From the NCBI RefSeq assembly GCF_963921235.1, contig NC_086106.1, positions 20,770,001 through 20,834,000 of the forward strand: a stretch of DNA of 64,000 nt, in the 5' to 3' direction. The notes under the pieces are model-generated. The model was not told where the DNA came from and made no database searches. It saw nothing but the letters and a program-made list of their open reading frames with translations. A program made the translations under genes and the position numbers. Numbering within the stretch: position 1 is the first letter of the stretch; every line of letters begins with the position of its first letter. The stretch comes from Mobula hypostoma (taxonomy: Eukaryota). Below are positions 51,900 through 64,000 of the stretch, one piece after another.

Positions 51900-54190
51900 A
51901 TAATAATTTTCCAAGCCTTCTATGTCTTCCACATCTTAATCTGACTTTCCACACTCTCTGATGTGGAAGCCTGGTCCTCACAGTCTGAGAGCCTACACAT
52001 GTCAGTACACCTGAGGCCATTTGGAATATACATATATATTGCCAGTGAATATATTTTTGGACAGTTATAGGCCAGTAGATGCAGGACGGCATCTGGTGCT
52101 GACTGGCCTTCCATTCATTGCACAACCAACTGTTCAGCTTCCTCTTCTCTCTCCATTTTCCATCCTCTGTCAACAGGGCTTGGCTATTGTGGGTCCTTCT
52201 CGAAAACATCTTCTCCATATACCAGCGTGGTAGTTGGCTAGCTGTGCATGTTTTGTTAAGCAATCCTTGCATGGCGGGATTTGATGACTTTTGATTTCAC
52301 CTTTTTTGGCACAGAAACGGTGATACCTGAGCCCATTGACCTTGGTCGTCGATGCCTTTTGGGCATTCAGGAGACATGTAAATGCCTTCAGTTTTTCCAT
52401 CAGCTTTGGGGAAAGTTCCCATTCCTGGCCCAGCTCTGAGAGTGTGCCATTAGTTTCCCTGTTGCTGGTCAGAATTTTTAGGGCACTTGTCTTCCCTTTG
52501 CCTGCAAAAGCGCTTGCAGTGTCATATCCTGTATATGCGTGCAACCCGATTAGAGCCTTACAAACCTCTATGCCATCAGTGGCAGCAACCTCCCTGATGA
52601 ATGCAAGCCTTGTACGGGATCTAGTGCCACACTTATGGAACAATGGGGCCTCAATCTTGTCGCAAAATGCTAAAGACATGATAAAAACATCTCTGTCTTC
52701 TGAGCAGATCACTACAGATTTGTATTTCTCTCTTGTGGTTAGGGCAGCATGGAAGAGTAGGTTTCTTTTTGTTGACACTGAGGAGCTGATACCTCCTCAC
52801 TGTCTTGATGTGTGATTCTGTAACATTTCTCATTCACAGTTTCATACAGAATCTTCTCCTGTAGCTTTGCTCTGTACTTCCCCTTCCTGCATTCGTGGTC
52901 TCTGAAGCTAATGAAACTATTTTTGTTACCGACATTGGTCAGGAAGCTCCTCTACTGCCTCACCATCTGTGTGCCTGCGATATCTGGCAACTCTTCACCA
53001 GTCTTTTTACCCGTAGAGATTTTTCACTATCCTTGATAGAGTTTTCCTTGTATGTGTCGAACACAACTTCTATTCTTCTACTCTGACTGCCTCCCCTCAC
53101 AGCCATACCCAGCACTGTTGTGGCAACATGTAAGATTGTAACTTGATCACATTTCACTCTTTGGACCAAGTTCATTCCATCAAACACTGTAGCAGAGTTT
53201 CATCGGAGTTACTCTTCTACTGCTACATTTTTCTGCAAGGTTGCGGATAAAGTAGCTTTATTTGTTTTTCTTAGAAATCCTTCTGGTGTGGACCGGGACC
53301 AGGGCAATGGTCCAAGAGGTTGGGAAAGGATATCCTCCATACGTAGACTGCGCCCTTGCGCCATCACTATGATGCGTCCAAACAAAGACCTGTCTGCTTT
53401 CAAGATGATCGCCCACCCATTTGATTTTACTTCTCTCTTCTTACACAGATGACTGAATGTTTTCAGCTGGTTGGTTTTCTTTGGGTCCTGGAATTTCCTT
53501 GCTAGAGGGTCTTTCTCTAGTCTCTCATCCTTGAAGGTTGCATAGCTCACCAATCTCATATGCCTTCATCAGGTCAGAGGCAATGCCCTTGGGGGTTGCA
53601 CTTGCCGTAGAGATGCTAATTAGATCCCACTTCTCTGCAAATGGGTTGACCCATTCATGTGCAAGGCTGACCACTGCTGAAACTGCTTCCTCATCTCTCT
53701 GTATTCTTGGCCGCTGTAGCTCCGCATGACAAAGCTCTGATTTGTTACCTTGCACTATCTCCCTTAACTGTCCCAGAACTACACTGCGGTGCTCAGCTGT
53801 TTTTTAGTAACGCTTGATAGCTCCAGCATGCAGGCTGAACCGTGATGTGTTTCCAGGAGTCTGTGTGCCTTTGTTTACTGTGGCTTCAATAGCCTGGTCC
53901 ACAGGGATCTGCCCAAAGGGGTTGCTACTTGACAGCTGCACTAAGAACTGGACTGTCTTAGAGGCCTCATGCACAGAAAGATTCTTCTCTGGAAAGTTCA
54001 TCATCTGAGCAAAGTAAGGGGACAGGTACCTGGGATAATTCATCTTATCATAGGAAAATCACCATGGGATCATGGTTCTTATTGCACGGAGGTGCAACTT
54101 CCAGTCCCCCTCGCAGAAAGCTACCACCTCTGCAATTCTATCACATATTTTCTAGCACAAGGGGTGTATACTTGCCAAAAATCTCTGTAA
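51900..54190 (-). mobile_element. Academ(X)-type DNA transposon relic
   Basis: Collinear minus ORF fragments: NYPRYL...FGQIPVDQAIEATVNK (transposase-like), XPG/FEN-like HAYTGYDTASAFAGKGK, PPC...KHAQLANYHAGIW, and a Cys-rich end (GLRCTDMCRLSDC). The family call comes from recalled domain architecture; termini were not located. Confidence 0.65.
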
Positions 54191-55985
54191 GTATTATTCC
54201 CCCCAGATGGTACCGGTTGCCCAAATTTGGGGTTCTGGCTCACGCACAATTACAACGCCAGGGCTTGAGTAGGTAGGTATATCTAAGTTCACTACAGGAA
54301 TCTAGAGAAGAAATTCCATGGCCCTAGGTTATATACTTGCATCACCGTTATTGGCGAGTAGAATGGCGGGTGGCACATGCTGTACTTTATTTGGTAAGGC
54401 TTGCAAAGGGAAAACATGGAACTACAGAAAATGATTCTAACGTATGTTTTATGTAAGTTATTGTGAGGATTCGGATGGGTCATGATGCATCCTGACGACA
54501 ATGACAAGGCACACTTCAACAGTAGATGACACGTTTCTGAATTAAAGCAAATTCACTTAGTTGGCACAACTCTAAGCTGAGTGCCGGCACCAAATATCAG
54601 CTTCCTTCTTCACAGTTAGAAAGACTTGGGCAAAAATATTCTAATCGACAGGAGGCACCAATTACAAAAATAAACTAAACAGCTTTATGTTCTGTTTTCT
54701 AATTTCAACCTGTCAGTGAATTGTAAAGCGTTGCATCAACTAATAAAGCAAGTGACAATCGAAATGGGCCAGAGGAAGGCCAATGAGCTATATTGAATTG
54801 TTGTGCACTGTTGCTGGCAGTGCAGTACAGCGAAATCTTCGTTGTGATTATTGATTTTAACATTCACGATGCTGCATTCGCACAAGTCACCCCACCTTGA
54901 AAAAGTGATCAGATGCAAACACTGGGTTGTACGTTCAATTGAGTACGCCCCCCCCACCCCCCCCCCCCGGCCCTACCAAATACTAACTTCTGTGCATGCA
55001 CCACACTAACCATGAGTTGTTTGGATACTTTTTATCCCAACTCAAGTGAGACGCAGGATGGCAAATGCAATCCAAATGGGGGAAACTGCTATGGGATAAA
55101 CACCCGGCTCGCATCCACGTATTTCGGAGAGTGGCTCTCAACGAAGCAACATCAAATTAATTATACTGCGTTAATAGTAGAAGTAGTAGCGGCAGTAGCA
55201 ATCATCATAGCGTCTCGAATAGTCCAATAGTTCCCAGCAACTGAAAAAAAATGAGTGTGCTTTGCTATGCCCGTACCTCAGGTTTTACCATCCTGAAATG
55301 AGGGGGAAAAAAAAGAAACAAAGTCATTTCATCGCGTCTAAGGATTCGTTCTGTCTATTTCGCTTGTATATTATAGAACCTTATAGTACAGTAGCTCGCA
55401 AAATACTCTAAACAATCACACAATGCATTGTTTTGTATTTAGGATGAAATGTCTAAACGCCATTGTATTTGCTTTGTGTCATTGAGATAAAAGTTATGAA
55501 CGAGAAAGAATGACCATAAAATGCACAAGGATTGTATTATAAGCTATGGCTTAATTTTGCCAAGTCCAGCAGAGGGTCGAAAACAGACCTATCGATGAAC
55601 ATTTAAGAATTCATGTGACGAGGATCTGGTTTCAACGAAGCCTGGAGGGACACAAACATATCTCACACACTTGTTAAATTGTTGAAGAGTTGTTAAATTG
55701 CTCGAAAAGGTTCTGCTAACTGGTCAGTGGAACATTGCTCATTAGCACATAGATGAGTTCGTGATAGATACGTAGAATTTTAGAGCACATTCTACATAAT
55801 TTCCCGAAATGTTAGTAATTGAAAAACTGGAGACTGAAATGCAGTACAAGACCGACCATCAAAGGTCTTACCTCTTTCCCAACCAATTGGATATATATCA
55901 AATATCTAATCGGCCATTCTGCTGAGTTAAGTCTGCAAACAGTAGAAAGAGTAGAAGAGCAGCATGTTCAAGTTTGGGCATTTCC

Positions 55986-56038
55986 TGGGCTCAACAATCA
56001 GCGTAGTCCCATTTCCAAAAGTGAGTTTAGACACAGTT
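55986..56038 (-). pseudogene. TCR (delta/alpha)-type J segment SKLTFGNGTTLIVEP; donor GT>GG, poor nonamer
   Basis: Heptamer CACAGTT (plus, 56032-56038) abuts a 46-nt segment with an FGxG motif and VEP end in phase 1. It is followed by ggaaat instead of gtaagt; the 12-nt position nonamer reads ATTTTTTTC. Confidence 0.8.
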
Positions 56039-56298
56039 ATATCTTGTTACATTTTTTTCGGGATTCTCTCCACATTTCTTTCTAACCGGCTGTCCTGTCT
56101 TCCGGTGATAAAGCAATTCAGGGAAGCATGATGGCCTCGACCTGTCAGCGATCTATGCAATAAGGTCAAAACCGTCGATATCCAGTGGTTAACAAAGAAC
56201 AGGTAATGCTCAGTAAATGCAACGGAAACATTCTTGTTGTCAATGCTGCTTGATAGTAACTGATTTGCTGTCAGGACACCGAGGTGTTGCGGCTGAGA

Positions 56299-56354
56299 AG
56301 TTAATGTTTGGCCACGGATGGCTGTGCACGGTGAAATAAGTCAATACAAAAACC
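56299..56354. promoter_or_regulatory. Two RSSs fused heptamer-to-heptamer
   Basis: AGTTAATGT-12-GGCTGTG|CACGGTG-12-ACAAAAACC. The right RSS has a consensus nonamer; the left reads CACAGCC-12-ACATTAACT on the minus strand. Confidence 0.7.
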
Positions 56355-57637
56355 TTTCTCTCAAACACAAGACCGTATACGGACCATTTTCAAGGCAGTG
56401 ACCTCGTCCCGAGGAGCTTCATTTGAGTGTTACTGAATGAAATAAAAACTAAATCAGAGACAATGACAGTAGATTTCCGATATCGTTGTCAGTGACAAGG
56501 CCTGTAAGAGACCATGACATCGATAGGTTGTATGCATCACGGCGCTTCATGTATGCTCGAATGTTCATGGTCGATGTAAACCCCATTTCCAACTCTCTTC
56601 GATTTATTAAATGTCCCGAGAGTTATCGAGTTCAGCCCTGGATAGTTAATTGCACACTGAGTCCTTACAATCGAATGGGAGAACAGAATTTTCAAAATTA
56701 AAACGTTCCCAGTAATGGAATTTCTGCCGATCCCACTCCTGCTTATCGGAACCCTTACAATGCGGCAGAGCTCCGATTTCCGGAGTAGCCACCCAAAGGA
56801 GAATGCTGTCCTATGCAGAATATTTTGTATAGCTACTGTTGTAATCTCCAGTGATGTTCGGGCATTCATATAGAACATTCTTTCATTGCTGATTATTTCA
56901 TCAACTAAACACAACTACTACTCCCAGTAAATCGGATTAGCAGATTTATATTATCCTCATGAAACACAACACCACTGCACTGCCCTGAACTGAGAGTTTT
57001 CTGTGCGGAATGTACGATATATTCTACTCCAATGCTCGTGTTCACAAATTGCTCTGCTGTTTTCCCCTCTTTTCACCCATTTATCAGTACTTAGAGTACA
57101 TAGCGATCCTCGCTTACCGGGCTTGTCTTCCCTCTCTGCTTTTAGTTATAGGTAGATTATTATAAAGAAGTTCATTTTTTCGTGCTGTTACTCTCTAACT
57201 GTACCTATTCAGTCTGTGACAGGATAACCATTTTCTACAGCTTATTTCTACGTTCAACCGGGTTTCTACACACACTCTCCCATTTTTCTCTCACGCGAAT
57301 CTTTTTTAGAATCGTTGCAACTTCTGATAGAGGCTCCTCGGAATGAAACTTTAACGCACGTTTCTTTTTTTTGTCTTGGACTTCGTGAGACTTTCTAGAT
57401 TGATTTTTGAAATTCCAGCAACAGCATTTTTTTTTTCAGGAGAAAGGAGCGTTTCCAGCGGGGGATAGTTCCATTCACAGTGTCCCGTGAGGTTATCAGT
57501 TCCATCGTTAAGAAATGGGGTGCATTAAATAACATAGATTATAGACAGTATAGGCAGAGCCCAATCAGCCCGTCCGATAACTGCGGAAATCACGATGTCA
57601 CTTTTAGGGAGCATATTTGCTTACATTCCCCTACCAT

Positions 57638-60600
57638 TCATAGAACCTCGAACCATAGAAACTACAGCACAGAAACAGGCCCTTTGGCCCTTATTGGCTG
57701 TGCCGAACCATTTTCTAACTAGTGCCACTGACCTGCACACGGACCATATCCCTCCATACACCTCCCACCCATGTATCTGTCCAATTTATTCTTAAATGTT
57801 AAAAAAAGAACCCGCATTTACCACCTCGTCTGGCAGCTCATTCCATACTCCTACCACTCTCTGTGTGAAGAAGCCCCCTTTAATGTTCCCTTTAAACTTT
57901 TCCCCCCTCACCCTTAACCCATCTCCTCTGTTTTTTTTCCTCCCCTTGCCTCAGTGGAAAAAGCCTGATTGCCTTCACTCTATCTATAGCCATCATAATT
58001 TTATATACCTCTATCAAATCTCCCCTCATTCTTCTACGCTCCAAGGAATAAAGTCCTAACCTATTCAACCTTTCTCTGTAACTGAGTTTTTCAATTCCCG
58101 GCAACATCCTTGTAAACCTTTCCTGCACTCTTTCAACCTTATTTATATCCTTCCTGTAATTTGGTGACCAAAACTGAACACAATGCTCCATATTCGGCCT
58201 CAGTAATGCCTCATACAACCTCATCACAACATTCTAGCTCTTATACTCAATACTTCGATTAATAAAGGCCAATGTACCCAAAGCTCTCTTTACGACCCTA
58301 TCTACCTGTGAGGACACTTTTAGGGAATTTTGTATCTGTATTCCCGGATCCCTCTGTTCCACTGCACTCCTCAGTGCCTTACCATTAACTCTCTATGTTC
58401 TGGCTTGGTTTGGCCTTCCAACGTACAATACCTCACACTTCTCAGTATTAAACTCCATCTGCCATTTTTCAGCCCATTTTTCCAGATGGTCCAAGTTCCT
58501 CTGCAGGCTCTGAAAACCTTCCTCACTGTCTACTACACCTCCAATCTTTGTATCATCAGCAAACTTGCTGATCCAATTTACCATATCATCATCCAGATCA
58601 TTGATATAGATGATAAATAACAATGGACCCAGCACTGATCCCTGTGGCACACCATTAGTCACAGGCCTCCACTCAGAGAAGCAATTCTCTACCTCCACTC
58701 TCTGGCTTCTTCCATCGAGCCAATGTCTAATCCAATTTACCACCTCTGCATGTATACCTAGCGACTGAATTTTCCTAACTAACCTCCCATGCGGGACCTT
58801 GTCAAAGGCCTCACTGAAGTCCATGTAGACAATATCCACTGCCTTCCCTTCATCCACTTTCCTGGTAAACTCCTCGAAAAACTCCAACAGATTGGTCAAA
58901 CATGACCTACCATGCACAAAACCATGTTGACTCTGCCTAATAAGCCCCTGTCTATCCAAATGCTTGTAGATTCTGTCTCTTAGTACTCCCTCCAATAACT
59001 TACCTACTACTGACGTTAAACTCACCGGCCTATAATTTCCCGAATTACTTTTCGATCCTTTTTTAAACAACGGAACAACATGAGCCACTCTCCAATCCTC
59101 CGGCACCTCACCCGTAGACAGCGACATTTTAAATATTTCTGCTAGGGCCCCCTCAATTTCAACACTATTCTCCTTCAAGTTCCGAGGGAACACTCTGTCA
59201 GGTCCTGGGGATTTATCACTTTAATGTTCCTCAAGACAGCAAGCACCTCCTCCTTTTCAATCTGTACAGTTTCTATAGTCTCACTACTTGATTCCCTCAC
59301 TTCCATAGATTTCATGCCAGCTTCCTTAGTAAATACAGACACAACAAACCTATTTAAGATCTCCCCCATTTCCTTTGGTTCCGCACAAAGCCGACCACTC
59401 TGATCTTCAAGAGGACCAATTTTATCCCTTACAATCCTTTTGCTCTTAATATACTTATAAAAGCTCTTTGGATTATCCTTCACTTTGACTGCCAAGGCAA
59501 CCTCATATCTTCTTTTAGCCCTCTTAATTTCTTTCTTAAGTATTTTCCTGCACTTCTTATACTCCTCAAGCACCAGATTTACCACCTGTTTCCTATACAT
59601 TTCATACAACTCCCTCTTCTTCTTTATCAGAGGTGCAATATCCCTTGAGAACCAAGGTTCCTTATTACTATTCAATTTGCCTTTAATCCTGATAGGAAAA
59701 TACAAACTCTGCACTCTCAAAATGTCCCCTTTGAAGGCTTCCCACCTACCAATCACATCTTTGCCAGAGAACAACCTGTTCCAATCCACGCTTTTTAGAT
59801 CCTTTCTCATTTCTTCAAATTTGGTCCTCTTCCGGTTATGAACCTCAACCCTTGGACCAGATCTATCCTTGTCCATGATCAAATTGAAACTAATGGTGTT
59901 ATGATCACTAGAACCAAAGTGCTCCCCTATACAGACTTCTGTCACTTGCCCTAATTCGTTACCTAACAGGAGATCTAATTTTGCATCCCCTCTAGTTGGT
60001 CCCTTTATATATTGATTTAGAAAACTTTCCTGAACACATTTTACAAACTCTAAACCATCTAGACCCCTAACAGTATGGGAGTCCCAATCAATGTATGGAA
60101 AATTAAAATCCCCTACCACCACAACGTTATGTTTCCTGCAGTTGCCTGCTATCTCGCTGCAAATTTGCTCTTCCAAGTCTCGTTGACTATTGGGTGGTCT
60201 GTAATACAATCCCACTAATGTGGCCATACCTTTCCTGTTTCTCAGCTCCACACATAAGGACTCAGTAGACAAGCCCTCTAATCTGTCCTGCCTGAGCACT
60301 GCTGTAATATTTTCCCTAACAAGCAACGCTATTCCCCCACCTTTCATTCCTCTGCCTCGATCACATCTGACATTTCGGAACCCTGGAATATTAAGCTGCC
60401 AGTCCTGCCCCTCCTGTAGCCAAGTTTCTCTAACTGCTACAACATCATAATTCCACGTGTCAATCGACACCCTCAACTCATCCGCCTTCCCCGCAATACT
60501 CCTAGCATTGAAATATATACACCTCAGAAGATTTTTACCACCACTCACAACCTTTCTATCAGCGGATTTGCTTAAACTTTCAACATCATTTATTTTCACC

Positions 60601-61555
60601 CCAGCCACACTGTCAGCTCTGGCACTCTGGTTCCCATCCCCCTGACAGTCTAGTTTAAAGCCTCCCCAATAGCACTAACAAACCTCCCTGAAAGGATAAT
60701 GGTCCCCCTGTGGTTCAAGTGTAACCCGTCTCTCTTGTACAGGTCCCACCTGCCCCAGAAGAGGACCCAATGATCCTGAAATCTGAAACCCTGCCCCCTA
60801 CACCTGTTCCTCAGCCACTTGTTCCTCCTCAAGAGCATCCTATTCCTACCCTCACTGGCACCTAGATTACCACCCTTGAGGTCCTGCTTTTCAACTTCCT
60901 ACCAAGCTCTCTATACTCACTGTGCAGGACCTCTTCACTCTTCCTTGCTATGTCATTGGTACCGATGTGCACCACGACATCTGGCTGATCACCCTCCCAC
61001 TTCAGAATGTCATGCAATCGATCAGACCTGGCACCTGGGAGGCAACAAACCATCCTGGATTCTCTGTCACGACCACAGAACCTTCTATCTGCACCTCTAA
61101 CTATCGAGTCCCCTATCACTACCGCTCTCCTCTTTCTCCCCCCTCGCTTCTGCACTGCAGAGCCAGTCTCAGTGTCAGAGATCCGGCTACTGCAGCTAGT
61201 CCCAGGTAAGTCATCCCCCCCCAACAGTATCCAATGCGGTATACTTGTTGTCGAGGTGAAAGGCCACAGGGCAACCCTGCTCTGCCTGCCCTTTCCTCTC
61301 CCCTCGCCTGACAGTGACCCAATTTATTGTCCTCTGCTCCTTTGGCGTAACTACCTCCCTGTAGCTAGGATCTATAATCTCCTCATTCTCCCGAATGATC
61401 CGCAGGTCCTCCAGATCCTGCTCCAGTTCCCTAACGCGGTTTGTCAGGAGCTGCAGGTGGATGCACTTCTTGCAGGTGCCGTTGTCAGGGACACCGGAGG
61501 GCTCCCTGACTTCCCACATCCTGGAAGAGGAGCATTCCAACATTCCTTGCATGGT
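57638..61555 (-). mobile_element. Near-full-length CR1 LINE (ORF1 zinc-finger/SGNH; ORF2 APE plus RT, frameshifted)
   Basis: ORF1 pieces 61211-61552 (CKKCIHLQLL..VRELE) and 60862-61224 (VIGDSIVRG...VVVHIGTND); endonuclease 59175-60608; RT 58393-59193; C-terminus 57892-58227. Confidence 0.9.
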
Positions 61556-61989
61556 GAATGCTATATCAAATTATCTGTCAACAGTTGCCATCGTATTCGT
61601 TTCCACAATGCCTCTTTAGCATCCAGTCATTTTCCATTCTTTGCATTTTTCCATGTCTCGTATAACACCTTTGGTGACCTTCCACTCATCATAAATCAAA
61701 ATGGCCTAGGAAATCACGGTTCCACCTTGGCATAAAAACGCTGATGATCTTCCCTATCATTATATCTAATTTCATACATTTTTCCAGGACGGCCATCAGG
61801 CTACAATGCTCAATATAAAGAAATTCTAGTTTGTCTAAACACCCCCAGACACCACAACCCAGATAACACACAGGTGATCTTTTCTGCGCCATATCAAAAG
61901 TTTCACATCCTGCCTCAAATGTGACCATGATAGCGAGAACGAGACACAAAACTCAAAATCCGATTGCACAGAAATGTTATATATAAGAT

Positions 61990-64000
61990 AATAAGTTACA
62001 GGAGCAAAATAAGGACATTTGTCGTAAATAGTCTTCTCCATCATTTCATCATGGCTGATCCAATTTTCCTCTTAACCCCAATCTGCTGCCTTCTACTGAT
62101 ATCACTTCATGCGCTAACCAATCGAGAATATATCAACCTCTGCCTTAAATATACATAAAGACGACTTGCCTTCCACAACTGCCTGTGGCAAATAATAACA
62201 CAACTTCACCACTGTATGGCTGAATAAATTCTTCTTCATCTCCATTCTAAAAGGACGCCCCTCTATTCTAAGGCTGTGTCCTCGGGTTTTAGACTGTCTC
62301 ACCACAGGAAACATAGTTTTCAATCCACTCTTTCAAGGCTTTTCGCCATTCCATAGGTTGCAGTGAGGTAACCCTCCATTCTTTTGACTTCGAGTGAATA
62401 CAGGGCCAGAGCCATTAAACGGTCTTCAAATAGCAAGCCATTCAGTCCTGGAATTATTTTCCTGAATCCCTTTGGAATGTTCTATGATACATCCTTTCTA
62501 TGATGAGCGGCCCATATCTGCTGAGAATACTCTAAGTGAGGCGACACCAGTGCTATATAAGGTTTCAACATTACATCTTTGCTTTTATATGCCGGTACCC
62601 TTGAAATGAGTGCCAACATTACATTTACCTTTCTCACCACAGACTCAACCTGCAAATTAAATGTTAAGTAATCCTGCACAGCGAATCTGAAGTCTCTGCC
62701 CAAATCGTTTTTTTCGTATTTTCTTTCCATTTAGAAAATAGTTAATCCTTTCATTTCTTCAACCAAATGGCATGACCATACACTTTCCAAGAATATATTC
62801 CATCTTTATTTTGTTTTTCCATTTCTTAAAGTCTCCCTGTCCTTCTGTAGCCCCCTACTTTCACAAACTACCTGCTCTTGCACCTATCTGCATATCGTCT
62901 GCAAACATTTCAACCAAGGCATCAAATCCATTATCCAAATAATTAACACATAACTTAAATGAATCGGTTCTAGCTCAGATCACGGTGGAATGCCACTAGT
63001 CACCGGCAGCCATCCAGAAATGGCTCACTTTGTTCTACTCCTTGCTTTCTGCCAATCAGCCACTGCTTTATCTATTCTGTAATGTGTCATGCAATACCAC
63101 AAACCTATAGCTGTTAAGCAGCCTAATGTTGTAAAGGACTTGTGAAAATTCAAGTGCACAACATCACCTGGTTCTCTTTTATTTCTCCAACTAAATAATT
63201 CTTCATATATTTCCAAAACATTTGTCAGAAAATATATTTCATTGCGGAAACCATGATGAAAATGTCCTATTTACCATGTGTCTCTCATATCCTCAGAGCT
63301 CATTTATAATCATCGACTCCAACATCGTTTGAAACACTGTGGTGAGACTAACTAGCCTATAGTTTCCTTTCGTCTTCCTCTCTCCCTTCTTGAAGTCTGG
63401 AGTGACACTTGCAGTTTTCTAATCTTCTGGAACCATTGCAGAATCTAATGATTATTGAAATATCATTGCTCAGGCCGCCACAACCTCTTTAGCAGCGACT
63501 TTCAAAACTCGAGTGTACGCCATCTGGTCCATACGATCTATCTACCTTCAGATCTTTCAGTTTCCCAAGAACATTCTCTCTAGTTATGGGAACTTCACAC
63601 ATTTTGTGATCCCTGGCACCTGCAAATTCTACCATACTGGTAGTATCTTCAAAAGCGAAGAATAATAAAAAATGCTTATTCAGTTCGTCCGCCATTTCGT
63701 TCTTCCCAATTACTACCTCTCCAATATTGTTCTCCAACGATTCGACATCCACAATTGCTTTTCTATTACACATTACGTATTCGAAGAAACGTATCTTTTT
63801 TTTTTTATTTTATTGGCTATCTTACTTTCGTATTTCATTTTTACCTGCTTAGTGACTTTTCAGTGGCTTTTGATGGTATTTGAAAGCTTTCCAGTCCTCT
63901 AAACTCCCATTCATTTTTGCGCTATTACATTACTCCACTTTGGAGTTATGTTGGTTTTGACTTCTGTTGTTATTCACAGTTGTGTCATCTTTCCTTTAGA
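61990..64000 (-). mobile_element. Old CR1 RT fragments
   Basis: Short minus ORFs with TRGHSLRI, VSPHLEY and MADELNKHF motifs. Confidence 0.75.

Noticed and set aside
55012-55230. 72-aa ORF with a TM-like C-terminus
   Set aside because: Arises from a gta/gca microsatellite-like stretch; no family resemblance or supporting exon structure.

Overview
Eukaryotic, repeat-rich genomic DNA from a cartilaginous fish, probably a ray or skate (inferred from the VH leaders and the CR1/Penelope-dominated repeats). It is an antigen-receptor region with all recognisable segments on the minus strand. Two paralogous IgH-type V-D-D-J mini-clusters are present. Unit 1 (about 1-3.4 kb) has an intact leader, VH exon and 23-RSS, but its D and J are crippled. 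Unit 2 (about 17.2-29.1 kb, inflated by insertions) is wholly pseudogenised, and I could find no CH exon after it. Upstream, at about 56 kb, lie a TCR-type J (SKLTFGNGTTLIVEP) and a near-perfect 12-RSS fused head-to-head to a second heptamer, which looks like a signal joint or a zero-length D. Decayed V-like exons may lie at about 46.5-46.8 kb and 61.6-61.9 kb. This mix suggests a hybrid IgH/TCR-delta-type neighbourhood, which is an inference. The rest is transposon debris: several CR1 LINEs (one young, with an 857-aa ORF and a TSD), a Gypsy relic with PNMA-like gag, two non-autonomous LTR elements with tandem-array LTRs, a solo LTR, Penelope fragments (one with a hammerhead ribozyme), a Tc1 relic and an Academ-type relic. 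Transposon boundaries are approximate unless termini are quoted.
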